A DNA stretch of 64,000 nt from Heptranchias perlo. Its lineage: Eukaryota. The stretch is taken from NCBI RefSeq assembly GCF_035084215.1, contig NW_027139453.1:8618001-8682000 (forward strand), written 5' to 3'. A program made the translations under genes and the position numbers. Shown in pieces: positions 1-12,554 of this stretch (positions are counted from its first letter, which is position 1; each line of letters starts with the position of its first letter). Under the pieces are notes generated by a model. It made no database searches. It had not been told where the DNA came from and saw only the letters and a list, made by a program, of their open reading frames with translations.

Positions 1-2144
1 TAAATTAACTATAAGGAAGCGAAATAAAGATTGAAGTTCTAGAACAAGCTGTGACCCTCTGTGAACAATAATAAAATCTCTGGAACCAACTATAAATACG
101 AGTAAAGTCTCTGGATCCCCTGAAAATATTAGTGCAGTCTCTGGATCGCCTGTAAATATTGGTACCGTCTCTGGATCCCCTGTAAACATTAGTACACTCT
201 CTGGATTCCCTGTAAATATTAGTACAGACTCTGGATCCCTGTAAATATCAGTACAGTCTCTGGATCCCCTGTAAATATCAGTACAGTCTCTCGATCCGCT
301 GTAAATATCAGTAGAGCCTCTGGATCCCCTATAAATATCAGTACAGCTTCTGGATTCCCTGTAAATAGTATTAAAGTATTTGGATCCACTGTAAATATTT
401 GCACAATATCTGGATTGTCTGTAAATATTAGTAGGGTTTGTGGACCTCTTGTAATATTTGTACCATCTCAGGATGTCCTGTAAATGTTTGTACCATCTCA
501 GGACGCCCTCTAAATATTAATACTATCTCTGGCACACTTTAATAATAGTACCGTCACGGGAACCCGTGCAAAAAAAGGTACAGCCTCTGGACCACGTGTA
601 AATATCAGCAACGTCTCTGGAACATGTGTAAATATTAGCACCGTCTCTGCAACATGTGTAAATATTAGAACCGTCTCTGGAACATATGTGAATATTAGAA
701 CCGTCTCTGGACCACGTGTAAATATTAGCACCGTCTCTGGGACATGTGTAATTATTAGCACCATCTCTGGACCACGTGTAAATATTAGCACCGTCTCTGC
801 AACATGTGTATATATTAGAACCGTCTCTGGAACATGTGTAAATATTAGAACCGTCTCTGGAACATTTGTAAATATTAGCACCGTCACTGGAACATGTGTA
901 AATATTAGAATCGTCTCTGGACCACGTTTAAATATTATTACCGTCTCTGGCTCCCCTGTAATTATTAGTACAGGCTCTGGATCCCCTGTAATTATTTGCA
1001 CAAGCTCTCGATCCCCTGTAAATATTAGCACCGTCACTGGATCCCCTGTAATTATTAGTACAGGCTCTGGATCCGCTGTAATTATTAGTACAGGCTCTGG
1101 ATCCACTGTAATTATTAGTACAGGCTCTGGATCCCCTGTAGTTATTAGTACAGGCTCTGGATCTACTGTAATTATTAGTACAGGCTCTGGATCCCCTGTA
1201 GTTATTAGTACAGGCTCTGGATCCACTGTAATTATTAGTACAGGCTATGGATCCCCTGAAAATATTCCTACCGTCTCTGGATCCCCTGTAAATGTTAATA
1301 CAGTCTCTGGATCCCCTGTGAATATTGGAACCGTATCTGCATCCTCTGTAAATATTAGTACTGTATCTGGATCGCCTGTAATTATTAGTACCATCTCTGG
1401 ATCCCCTGTAAATATTAGTACCATCTCTGGATCGCCTGTGAATATTAATACAGTCTCTGGATCCCCTGTAAATTTTACGATGGCCCCTGGATCCATGGAA
1501 ATATTAGTAGCAACGCTGGCCACTTTGTAAATCCTGACACACCCTAATGGCTCCGTAAAAATAGGTTCATGCTGGAGCTCCCTGAACATACAAACTCACT
1601 CCCAGGGACCCATCCTAAATTAAACCTATCACCTAGAAAACCCCCCCGTAAATATATATTCCCAACAATGTTCCCCCTATCGCTATATTTCCCATCCCAC
1701 GTTAACACTTTAATTATGACGGTGGCTATAGATGCTTACCGGAAACTCGAACAGCAGAGAGTATGGCACAGGGAATGAGAAGAACAGGAATACAGTGGAA
1801 CACGTTTTATAGAATTAACATTTGGATATAGAGACTTACCAGGAACACCGACAGCAGCGAGGAGGGGATAGTAAATAATAAGAACAGTAATACAGTGGAA
1901 CACGGTTTATGGAATTAATTGTTGGATATTGAGACTTACCAGGAACACCGACAGTAGCGAGGAGCGGATAGTATATTAGTTGTATACTCCGAAGCATAAA
2001 ATATGTCCGCCCCACAAATGACGTTGAACCATAATATGCAAACAGATATTGTAACACCCAGAATGAACTGTCCCAATCGATCGTTCTAAGATTCCGACCC
2101 ATTGCTGTAACATTCCAATCGATTGTTCGAAAATTCTGACCCAT
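1..2144 (-). CDS. GPR139-like: GPR139/GPR142-like GPCR copy A (partial): exon 1 2144..1940, intron 1939..9, exon 2 starts at 8 and leaves the window
   Basis: Exon 1 encodes MGQNFRTIDWNVTA...LIYYPLLATVGVP and ends at a CCTG|GTAAGT phase-1 donor (205 nt). Positions 1-100 match the acceptor region of copies B and C (...ccttatAG|TTAATTTA = V-N-L). Integrity of exon 2 cannot be seen. Confidence 0.8.
105..1500. repeat. 30-bp intronic minisatellite (tgtaaatattagtacagtctctggatcccc) in the intron of GPCR-A
   Basis: Visible 30-bp period. It generates the GDPETVLIFT 10-aa repeat ORFs. Confidence 0.95.
1731..1990 (-). repeat. Three 100-bp tandem units, each ending in a copy of the exon-1 3' end plus a splice donor (exon ends at 1940, 1840, 1740)
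   Basis: gagacttacc at 1931 and 1831, gatgcttacc at 1731. On the minus strand these read cctg|gtaagt, cctg|gtaagt and ccg|gtaagc. Confidence 0.85.
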
Positions 2145-2672
2145 TGTTTAACATTCCAATCTTTTGTTCCCAGGTTCCGATCTATTCTCTCCCTCTCTGC
2201 AGAGCCGCTAATCCCTGTTAGGGCCGGAGGTGATGCTCCCACTGACAATATGGGATAACACATTGAATGTAGTCGCTTACTTATAGCACAGGAAAACATT
2301 CCAGTGAGACAATTAGGGCCCATGGAGACTGACATTAATTTCAGTCACTGAACAAACCGAGTCGGTTAGCAACTTTAAACTGAACGAATATGACATCAAA
2401 ACATATATTTAATCAAATATTAAACAGATGGAAAGCCCAAAGCCCAGTTTATAATATTAATAAATATATGGAATAACAGAAACTATGAGACCCGCGGTCT
2501 GGCAGCATTGAAGCTGGATTATTGCTTCTGGCTTCTGGTACAATTGTACTTTATTGTTGAAGCTTCCTATACTTGGACAGAGTTGCTACAGTATATAAAG
2601 AGCGGCGGTTTGGCAGGTCTTACATTGTTGGTGTCATTTACAACAGTGCGCTGAACAAGATTCCTGGCAGGC

Positions 2673-3742
2673 ATGGGTGCCCTGCTGGGGCTCTCCTTGG
2701 CCAGAAAAGATGACTGGGAGCACGCAGAGAGGTCACACAGAGCAGATCAAGCTGCGAGGAGAAGGAAGAGGAGGAGGTGCAGGGCACTGAGCAGGAGGCC
2801 GTATTTCATGAAGGCCTTCAGGGAACAATACTCTTACCTCAACATAAGCAAAGGTCAGTGCATCCGATGGCTGCAGTTCACGGAAGAGCTCGTGCCGGAG
2901 ATTTGTCAACTGCTGCAGCCACAACTGCAGCCTCAAAGCAGAGCAATTACAGCATTGTCTGTGGCTGTCAAGGTAACCGTGGTGCTGATCTTTTAGGCTC
3001 TGGATCCTTTCAGGCCTCGACTGGCGATGTGAGCAACATCTCACAGTTTGAAGTACACTGCCGCATAAGGGAGGTCACTGATGCACTGTACGAGCTGTGT
3101 AAAAGGTCCATCACATTCCATCTTGACCGTGATAAGCAGAATAAACGAGTTCGAGGGTTTGCTCGCGTTGCTTCCCCATGGTGCCATTGACTGCAAGCAT
3201 ATTGGCACGTGTGGTCGACATATCAACTCGGACATCTTCATGATCAGAAAGTGGTGTCACTCCTTCGATATACAACTGTTGTGCGACCACGCGCAACTCA
3301 TCATACAGGTCAATGCCCGCTATCCTAGCAGCAGCCAGGACGCTTTCATTACACGGCAGTCCAACCAGCACGGCAGGTCAAAGGCTTGCTATTAGGCGCG
3401 CACATCTATCCCCACATGAGGTGGCCCGTGACTCCGGTCAGGAATGCACGCACACACCCAGAGAAGGCCTACAGAGGGAGCCATGCAGCCACACAAAATG
3501 TCATCGAGCACACCGCAGGTGTCCCAAAGCAATGCTTCCGTTGCCTGGTCCATTCTGGAGCAGCACTCCGCTTTGTGGGTGTCAAGATTCGGCGTTGCAT
3601 GCTGCACAATCTCGCCCTGATAAGGCAACAGCCCTGGCTGCCGCCGATCTGGCGAGAACCTGAGCAGCAGGCAGAGAAAGAGGATGGAGAGCAGGAAGAG
3701 GAGGAAGTGCAGGAAATGGAGGACGGGCAAAGGAGGCATTGA
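2673..3742 (+). pseudogene. HARBI1-like: Harbinger (PIF) DDE transposase, HARBI1-like, frameshifted (copy A)
   Basis: Motifs spread over shifting frames: EICQLLQPQLQP, VAVKVT, GSGSFQ, GAIDCKH, HSFDIQLLCD, NARYPSSSQDAF, HAATQNVIEHTAG..KQCFRCL, CMLHN. These fit the DDE_Tnp_4 family. Confidence 0.88.
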
Positions 3743-3939
3743 GATGCACAGGCCCTGTCTGCCAGGCGCTCTGCGTGCTCACCTTATTAATGAGTGATAT
3801 CAGTAACCTCAACAACACCGCCCAAGCCACCAAAAAAAGTCTGACATTCCCCACCTGTCCTCTCCCAATCGTATTCCTCATCATTACACATCGCTTCCTC
3901 ACGCAGCGCCGAAATAAAAACTACAATCAACCACCTTCA

Positions 3940-4715
3940 GGCTTGGGCTGATAAGTGGAAAGTAAAATACGCGCCAGACAAGTGCCACGCAATGACCATC
4001 ACCAACAAGAGAGAGTCTAACCACCTCCCCTTGACGTTCAACGGCATTACTATCACCAAATCCACTACCATCAACATCCTCGGGGTCATTAACACTGTGG
4101 CTAAAAGAGCAGGTCAGAGGCTGGGTATTCTGCAGTGAGTGACTCACTTCCTGACTCCCCAAAGCCATTCCACCATTTACAAGGCACAAATCAGGAGTGT
4201 GATGGAATACTCTCCACTTGCCTGGATGAGTGCAGCTCCAACAACACTCAAGAGGCTCGACGCCATCCAGGACAAAGCAACCCACTTGATCGGCTCCCCA
4301 TCCATCACCCTAAACATTCACTCCCTTCACCACCGCCGCAATTTGGCTGCAGTGTGTACCATCCACAGGATGTACTGCAGCAACTCGCCAAGTCTTCTTC
4401 GACAGCACCTCCCAAACCCGCGACCCTTACCACCAAGAAAGATAAGGGCAGCAGGTTCATGGGAACAACACCACCTGCATGTTCCCCTGCAAGTCACACA
4501 CTATCCCGACTTGGAAATATATCGCCAGTCCTTCATCGTCGCAGGATCAAAATCCTGGAACTCCCTTCCGAACAGCACTGTGGGAGAACCTTCACCACAC
4601 GGACTGCAGCGGTTCAAGAAGGCGGCTCACCACCACCTTCTCAAGGACAATTATGGATGGTCAATAATTGCTGGCCTTGCCAGCGACGCCCACATCACAT
4701 GAACGAATAAAAAGA
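3940..4715 (+). mobile_element. 5'-truncated non-LTR retrotransposon of the CR1/L2 group ('LINE-A'), ORF2 C-terminus plus tail
   Basis: WADKW, IYKAQIRSVMEYSPLAW, IQDKA, SWNSLP motifs; A-rich tail gaacgaataaaaag. Exact clade not resolved. Confidence 0.85.
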
Positions 4716-4779
4716 TACTGCGACTTCAAACACAAATTTGTAAACTAACACAGGAAATCATGTGAACACCATTATACTA

Positions 4780-6604
4780 TTTAACCTTGTGCATTAATTC
4801 AGAGCCTGTCACTCGTGTGCCTTTACCTATCCTAGTGCCCCTGAAGGTGCATCCCCAGGGACTGGAGCATGGGCGGTGGGAGGCTGCTCACCTTCAATGG
4901 AGGAGAGAGCAGATGGCTGTGGCGGTCGACCTCGAACATTTCTGGGTGAGAGGGCCCGGCTTCAGACTTTATTATCTCGGCATGGGCTGCAGCAGTCTGG
5001 CCTGGTTGGCTGACAGGCAACGGCAAGGGCACTGGCAAGGGGTGGGAGCAGGAATGCTGTCGCCCGGAGAGAGGACAGCAGGTTCGACTGCCATGGCACC
5101 ATTGCCACTCTCTCGGAGCAGCGCCTCAGCACTTCTCGTTGGAGAACAGATTGCTGGAGTGTTGTAACGCCTCGGAAGTCCCGTTCCACGGTGGTACCCA
5201 GAGCCTCGATAACAGCAGTCTGAGCATGGAACGCTGCAGTCTGGGCTTCCAAAGCAGCAGTCTGAGCTCCAGTGCAGACCTCCAGCACCGCCATTTGTCA
5301 TGGCCGCAGCGTTGGCCCATCCAATGATGGCCAGCACTGGCTCCTCCATGGGGGTAAGGACTTGTCGGCCTTGTCCTCCTCCAGTTCTTTCTTGCTACCT
5401 CCCGAAATGCGCCACCTTCTCCTGCAAGATAGAGGGAAGTGTGTCAGTGAGTGTCCTGCAAAATGTTTGGATGATGTGGTTGTTATGGTTGAATTGCTGG
5501 TAAGTGTGTGTGACCTGTGAGTTGGGGGTGTGCGGCTTGCAGCAGCGGTAATGTATGAGGGTGAGAGGAAGATTGGACGAGTTGAGTGCCGCTTGAAAAT
5601 TGTGTAGGTATGTGGGTGATGGGGGATTTCGTGCGTGGAACAGTGGATGAGGCGAATGGTACAGTTCCTAGAATCATCAAAAGATATGGCACAGAAGGAG
5701 GCCTTTCGGCCCATCGTGTTGGTAGCTGAAGTTGGTTAAAATGGTAGGCAGTTCCTTGTCTTGCCTTTATTTCAATGTTACTGTGCGATAAGCAAGATAC
5801 AGTGAAGCCTAGGCACGAACTATTCAGTCAGTACCCACCACAACACCCAAAGCGTGGTACTGGTCCCTTTATGCTACCTTTGCTCACACCTTGGACACGC
5901 CCACCGAACCCATCTTAATATACACAGACTTAGTATCTTTGTCTGTCACTCAAACATCACTTAAAACCAACTGGCTTTGGAACAGTCATTTCCCCCACAA
6001 AGACGAGTCTGTCTTTTATCACCACAATTAGTTTTGAGGTTTCTCCCATCAAACTCAATCTTGCCCCGATTGCTGTGTCCTGTTTAGAGTAACGTGTGCC
6101 TTCCCTGTATTTGACTGGTGTTTGTTTCCTAGACTGATTGTCTCCGTTCATCGTTCACCAGGCAGCAAGTTCAATCTTATGTATATTTTCCTCGGGCTTT
6201 GAGTAATACCTAATTTCCATCGGTACAACAGGAATTCAGTTGTTGGGCAAGGACATGGTCTCGACTTGACTTTGGTTGGGTGGCTGTTCAACCCTCGCAG
6301 TCTTCATTGTTTCTCTTTCCCTCATTCATGTCTCAACAGTACGAGACGCCACTTGACAGTTGACGTCACTCAACTTGATTGGTCGTGTCAAATCATTGAA
6401 CTTCTTCCTGCACTGCTTCCATGTTCTTGGTGCTGCACTCCTTGCATTGACCTCGTTCACTATTTCCTCCCACTCCCATTTGAGTATATGCCTGGAGGGC
6501 CTCTTGCCCAAAACCCCGACCAGCGGATACAGGATGCCCCTCCTCCTCTCCAACTCTTCCACCAGAGAACCTTGGTGCACGCTATCACAGGCGCAGCCAT
6601 TCAT
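4780..6604 (-). pseudogene. Harbinger Myb/SANT DNA-binding gene remnant, convergent with the transposase (copy A)
   Basis: Exon about 6370-6604 reads LVEELERRRGILYP...WEEIVNEVNARS..RTWKQCRKKFNDL (Myb_DNA-bind_5-like). Downstream Ala/Gln-rich coding remnants at 4780-5350. Confidence 0.75.
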
Positions 6605-6609
6605 AGTGT

Positions 6610-7065
6610 CAGCTGGGGCTTAGTGGGTCGCCGCCTCATCAGAGTCAGAAGATCGTGGGTTCAAGACACACTCCAGAAACTTCAACACAATATCTAGACT
6701 GATACTCCATTGCAGTACTGTGGGAGTGCAGCATTGTTGGAGGAGCCGTCTTTCGGATGAGAGGTGAAACGGAGGCCCCGTTCTGCCCTCTCAGATGCAC
6801 ATAAAATATCCCATGGCACTATTTCAAAGAAGAGCAGGGGCGTTCTCCTCGGTGTCCTGGGGCAATATTAATCCCTCAACCAACATCACAAAAGAACAGA
6901 TTAGCTGCTCATTATTAAACTGCTGTTTGTGGGAGCTTGCTGTGATAAATTTGCTGCCAGGTTACCTACATTACAATAGTAACTACACTTAATTGGCTGG
7001 AAAGCTCTTTGGTATGTCCTCAGGTTGTGAAAAGCGCTATATAAACGGAAATCTTTCGTTTCGTT
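6610..7065 (+). mobile_element. tRNA-headed DeuSINE-type SINE (SacSINE1/AmnSINE1-like), inserted at the 5' end of the Myb exon
   Basis: A/B-box-like head (ggcttagtgg...gggttcaag), core gccgtctttcggatgag...atcccatggcact, tail aagcgctatataaa. Family name from recalled consensus. Confidence 0.75.
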
Positions 7066-7376
7066 TTTAAGATATTCCAACATAGATTTACTTCCCAATG
7101 GGCTTCCACCAATTCCTGCAGCCACATTGCACCTCCCCTTTAAGAGGTGCAGGCTGCATTCAAGTCGAACGAACCACTCCCGATATTGGGAAACCCTGCT
7201 GGTGCCTGCAGCTAATCAACAGCGTAGGTAGCACAGGCTGCACGCAGCAATCATTGATATCATCAGGCAGCAAGTGTGTTTGGTCCCGCCTCTATCGCAA
7301 CCAACCGGTGCAGGTTAATTGTGCACCACAATCCCAGTGAATGTTTTCTGTGGTTATCCAATGAAAGCACCTCTGT

Positions 7377-7682
7377 GTTTAGAATCACCTCAATATATTT
7401 CACCCAGTGTCCAGAATTGTGAAGTCTCACCCGATGTGACAGCTTTCTGTGTTTATAAAAACCTCAGTGTATTTCACCCAGTGTCCAGAATTATGAAGTC
7501 TCACCCGATGTGACAGCTTTCTGTGTTTATAAACACCTCAGTGTATTTCACCCAGTGTCCGGAACTGTAAGGTCTCACCCGATGTGACAGCTTCTTGTGT
7601 TTATAAACACCTCAGTGTATTTCACCCAGTGTCCTGAACTTTGAGGTCTCTCCTGATGTGACAGCTTTCTGTGTTTATAAAC
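7377..7682. repeat. 74-bp tandem repeat, about 4 copies, just upstream of the second Myb gene
   Basis: Unit start gttt(at/ag) recurs at 7377, 7451, 7525, 7599, 7673. Confidence 0.92.
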
Positions 7683-7693
7683 AATTCTGTAGT

Positions 7694-8880
7694 AATGGCT
7701 GCGCCTCCGTGCAACAAGTTTCTCAGACCACGCACTGGAGGCCTTGGTGCAGGAGATGGACGCACAGAGGGGCATCCTGTATCCGCGGAGGGCGGGGGGC
7801 AAGATGCCCACCAGACACATTCTGCGCTAGGATTCAATGCCAGGAGCATTGCATCAGACACATGGATGCAGTGCAGGAAAAAGTTCAACGATTTGACACG
7901 AGTGGTCAAGGTGAGTGAATTCACCTGTCAAGTGGCGTCTCCTACCAACTGCGCCATTAACTACTACTACCATGACAGCCACATCTCCCAAACATCTTGT
8001 CGGACAATTTCTGCAGTAGACAGTGCTGGCCATTGTTGGAGGTGGGGTGGGGGGGGGGGGGGGGCGTCGCTTCGGCCGTGGCCTTTGGGGGTGCTGGATG
8101 TATCGACGAAGGGGGTCCCGACAATGGATATCTCATGCTCCTTCTCGCTTCCCACTTCTCCCTCACCCCAAAAGCTGTTCTGCCTCACGTGCTGCAGATG
8201 TTGTCAGCACACACATCATACTGTCTCCTCTCCCCGCACCACAACTCAATCCGTGTCCCGTTATCATTGCAGATACCCGAGAACCGGAACCTGCCCAGTC
8301 GGAGGAGGCAGAGGAAGATGAGAGTGATGTTATAGACACATCGTCACTCGATCTTATATTCCAAGTCACCAACTCAGAGACTCACACTGTGTGTAGTTTG
8401 GAGGACGCTTCGGCACATGGTGAGACACTGGGCACAAGTGCGCAGGAGCCGGGGCAGGATGAACAGGTACTACAGATGCCAGTTCGCCAGGGGGCGCTTG
8501 TTCTGCTGCCGAGGAGTCAGATGAGGACTTCAATGGGCCAGGCTACAGAAGGTGGCTGATGGGCGTACAAAACCGATTGCTTGGTGCACTGGAAAGCCTG
8601 AACAAAATATGAAGGGGCATGGAGGAGTCCACCGGGAACTTGGCACAGGGATTTGTACAGAGCTTGGAGCCCATCCCTTCCTACACAGAACGGGTGGTCA
8701 CCTCCAACAGCACACCTGTGGAACCAACCATGATGCAGAACCTCTTGACCAATGTCACAGCTTCCATTGCAGCAAAAAACAATGTCAAAGGTGTGTATGC
8801 TTCATTTGGAAGCTCAGACTGCTGCGTTGCAGGCTTCATTCTCCAGCAGATCTCCAGGATTGCTGAGGCGCTTCCAGCCA
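7694..8880 (+). pseudogene. Second Harbinger Myb/SANT gene (spliced, decayed): exon 1 to 7910, next exon from about 8273
   Basis: TWMQCRKKFNDLTRVVK|gtgagt donor at 7910/7911; cattgcag| acceptor followed by acidic DTREPEPAQSEEAEEDESD; frameshifts present. Confidence 0.75.
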
Positions 8881-9199
8881 TTTGTACGCCGGACGCCATC
8901 GTGGTAAAGGGTTTCGCGTTCCCGCAGATAACGAACGCCGGCAACATGTAAAGTTGGGAGAAGATGCGTTAGATCAGTGTGCAACGCTGATTTAAAGTGA
9001 TAGACACCATTTTGAGAATAACGCTCAACTCAACGCACAGTCTTAACCCCAACCATCTGAACGTGCCTTAGAGTGACTGAAGGACCCCCACCAGCGCTAT
9101 TTAAAGGGACCATGCAGGATTTACAGATTAGTTGCTGGATTATTGTTTCTGGCTACTGATGCATTTGTACCAGTTTTTGGAGGTCTCCAAAAATTGAAT

Positions 9200-9472
9200 A
9201 CTCGGACATGGGGACATGTCCTAACATTAAGAGCCAGCACGTGCAGGAGTGAAGTGAGGAAACGCTTCTGCACGCAAAGTGTGGGAGAAGTTTGGAACGC
9301 TCTTCTGCAAACAGCAGTTGAAGCTAGCTCAATTGTGAATTGTAAATCTGAGGTTGATAGATTTCTGTGAACCAAAGATATTAAGGAATAAGGGACTAAG
9401 ACGGGTATATGGAGTTCGGTCATAGATCCACCATGATCTCATTGAATGGCGGAACAGGCTCGAGGGGCTAAA
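9200..9472 (+). mobile_element. CR1 LINE 3' end
   Basis: RKRFCTQSVGEVWNAL...KSEVDRFL plus ccatgatctcattgaatggcggaacaggctcgagggg tail; paralogous copy at about 30715-30990. Confidence 0.8.
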
Positions 9473-9479
9473 TGTCACT

Positions 9480-10002
9480 GACACTCGCTTTTTCCTGTTA
9501 TGCACCACCTTCTCCAGCAAGAAAGCGAGAATTGTGTCGGTGATCGTCCACCGGAATGTCTGGGTGATGTGGCTTTCAAGGATGAATAGCTGCCAGTTTG
9601 TGTGACCTTGCAGCAGTGGTAATGTGTGAATGTGAGGGGAAGCATCTGATAGGAAGAGTTGAGTAATGCTTGAAAGAGTTTGTTGGTAGGTGAGTGATGG
9701 CGGGTGTAGTGCGTGGAACAGTGGATGAGGCGAGTGATGCATTTGGTAGGAGATGCCACTTGACAGTTGACCTCACTCACCTTGACCACTCAGATCAAAT
9801 CATTGAAATTCTTCCTGCACTGCATCCATGTTCGTGTTGCTATGCTCCTGTCTTCCGTTGCCTCCCACTGCCTTGGGAGCATATGCCTGGAGGGCCTCTT
9901 GCCCCCCTGCGTATATAGGATGCCACTCATTCTGTCCACCTCTTGCACCAAAGTCTCCAGTGCATCATCAGAGAACCTTCGTGCACGCTCTCTCGCATGC
10001 AT
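9480..10002 (-). pseudogene. Third Harbinger Myb/SANT exon and adjacent intron remnant
   Basis: RERARRFSDDALETLVQEV...RTWMQCRKNFNDL; donor gtcaag|gtgagt at 9781. Confidence 0.75.
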
Positions 10003-10529
10003 GGTACAAACTCAAATCGGCAGATTGTTGAGGTCTGGCGTGCAGATTGGAGAATGTGGGGTTTAGTCTTGTGCAGCCTTTATTTAATGATTTAACAGAG
10101 CTCATCAGTTTGTAAACAAGGACGGGACCGGCCTCTCTGATGTCCGTGTGCGATTTCTGATCTCCGTTCAGACTCTGTGCCGTTAAGAGGTGCAGCCTGC
10201 CTTTAAGAGGTGAGAGCAAACCATGCTATTCGGGACATATTCAATTTAACCCCCATTCTCCTTACTTTACATAATTCCGGTGTTCGTTATCCGCACGTGC
10301 GCAAACGCCTTTATTAAAGTCGCGTCCAGCGCATATCACACGAGAAACGTGCACGCTCATTCCAGATGCCATTTTGAGGTCTGAGGAGGCCGCATAGCGC
10401 CTGAAAAATTGGCGCTGCACGTCCCAATTCCTGGATATATTATATCTATCGCTTGGAATACAGCACGGCACAGGTATTGGCCGTTCGGCCCAACTGGGTA
10501 ACACAATTTCCCTGAAATCATAATTGACA

Positions 10530-10725
10530 ACAACAAAATATTGACCAGAGAGGCAGAAACCCACAACTCATTTGAAAATACCTGGATGTGCATCTGAGGT
10601 GCTGCAACCTACAGTTCTGCGGACCAAGTGCTGGAAAGTGGGATGAAGCTGGACAGCTCTCTTTCGGCCAGCACGGACACGATGGGCCTAATGGCCTCCT
10701 TCTGTGCGGTAACTTTCTATGATCA
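10530..10725 (+). mobile_element. CR1 3' tail fragment
   Basis: aatacctggatgtgca...gatgggcctaatggcctccttctgtgc...ttctatgat; paralog at about 32090-32260. Confidence 0.7.
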
Positions 10726-10949
10726 ATGTGTAATTCTATTATATTATGTATATTTTGCATCGAATGCACAATGCAGCACAGAGGCCATTCGGACCAACTG
10801 CTATTTCTATTTTACAACTTCTTGTATATAGAATATCCCTTTATATATTGTTAGAGTCCGACCATCTCATAACCTTCCTCATACAACCAACAATAGAGTT
10901 TGACTAATTCATACTTCAGACCACGTTTCTGTTAATTCACTCCAATCAA

Positions 10950-11315
10950 ATTCACACTACAGTCCCCTTGGCGATGCCGAGTACATTTTTCAATACTCCG
11001 TACTTTGGCGATGCCGAGTACACTTTCCAATTCACCTTCCCTTTGGTGACGCCGAGTACACCTTCCCAAATACACCGTCACTTTGGCAATGCCTTGTCCG
11101 CTTTCCCTAATAAACCGTCCCCTTGGTGACGCCGCGTACACGTTCCCCAATGCACCATCCGTTTGGCAATGCCTTGTAAACTTTACAATTCACCGTCCCT
11201 TTGGAGACGCCGAGTACACTTTCCTAAATACACCGTCCCTCTGGAGACGCCGAGTACACTTCTCCAAATACACCGTCAATTTGGCGATGCCGAGTACACT
11301 TTACAATACACCGTA
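10950..11315. repeat. 40-bp satellite, short degenerate array (about 9 units), paralog of 32490-34720
   Basis: Repeated ccctttggcgatgccgagtacacttt. Confidence 0.9.
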
Positions 11316-11569
11316 ACCCAACTACTTTCCAGCGTCCTCTCTGGGCTTTGACAGGTGGCTGTCTCTCAGCAACAGCAGCAGCCTTCTTTCTCTTGTGCCT
11401 CACCCTTTTAACTCTCACCTGTCTCGGAAAGGTTTCCACCCACTCCAGCCTTAATTACTTCTTAAAGGTGACGTCCCTTAAAAGAGCCACACCTTTCCTC
11501 TGAAAGGCGAGGTTCCTTTAAAGGGCTACATCATTGCTCGGGGATTAGGGCCCTCAGTTACTCTGCTAA

Positions 11570-12400
11570 ATGGGGCATAAACGACAGAGTGGGGAATGAG
11601 AGAAGTCCTTATAAAGTGGGATAAGGGGCTGTTTGGGGAATGCGAGGGGTCCTTATAGAGGGGTATAAGGGTTCAATGCGTAATGCGAGGGGTCCGTATA
11701 GAGGGGTAAAATGGACTGTGTGTGCAATGAGAGGGTTCCTTATAAAAGGGTTTAACGGACTGAGTAGAGAATGGGACAGATCATTATGGAGGAGCATAAG
11801 GGACTGAGTGGGGAATCAGCGGCATTCTTATGGAGAGGTATAAGGGACTGAGTGGGGAATGAGAGAGGTCCTTATAGAGGGGTATAAGGAATTGAGTGGA
11901 GAATGAGCCACGTCAAAATAAAGGGGTTCAAGGGACTGAGTTGGGATTGAGATGGATCCTTATTGAGGGGCATAAAGGACTGAGGGGGGAATGAGAGGGG
12001 CCCTTATTGAGGGGTATAAGGGAATGAGTAGGGAATGAGAGGGGTCCTTGTTGAGGGGTATAAGGGACTGAGTGGGGAATGAGATGGGTCCTTATAGGGG
12101 GTATAACGGACTGAGTGGGGAATGAGAGGGGTCATTACAGAGGGGTATAAGGAACTGACTGGGGAATGACTCGGGTACTTATAGAAATGTACGAGGGACT
12201 GAGTGGGGAATGAGAGGGATCCTTATAGAGGGGTATGTGGGAAAGTGTCGGGAATGAGAGAGGCCCTTATAAATGTGTATAAGGGTCTAAATGGGAATGG
12301 GAGAGGTCCTTTTGGAGTGGCATAAGAGATTGAGTGGGGAAATTTGAGGGGTTCTCATACAGGCGTATGATGGACTGAGTGAGGAATGAGAGGGTCCGCT
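11570..12400. repeat. 44-bp G-rich minisatellite (agggactgagtggggaatgagaggggtccttatagaggggtata), about 18 units
   Basis: Period of 44 seen at 11841, 11885, 11929. Confidence 0.9.
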
Positions 12401-12554
12401 TACAAATGCCTGTTCCACCCCTTCCCTAATAGAGACTCACCCCATCCACCCCGATATCTCGTGCCCTCCATAAACCCTCCCCCTCTCCTTCGCTCCATGT
12501 CCTAGCTTGGGTATTAGTCTTAATTACTGGTGAGATCAGTCTGCTTCCTGTTTT

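Noticed and set aside
510-1589. GDPEPVLIIT / SGSPVNISTV repeat proteins
   Set aside because: Translations of the intronic 30-bp minisatellite, open on both strands and frameshifted at irregular points.
2673-3742. Domesticated functional HARBI1/NAIF1-type gene pair
   Set aside because: All transposase and Myb copies have frameshifts, stops, deletions or SINE insertions.
6610-6680. tRNA gene
   Set aside because: Only a degenerate tRNA-derived SINE head; no cloverleaf.
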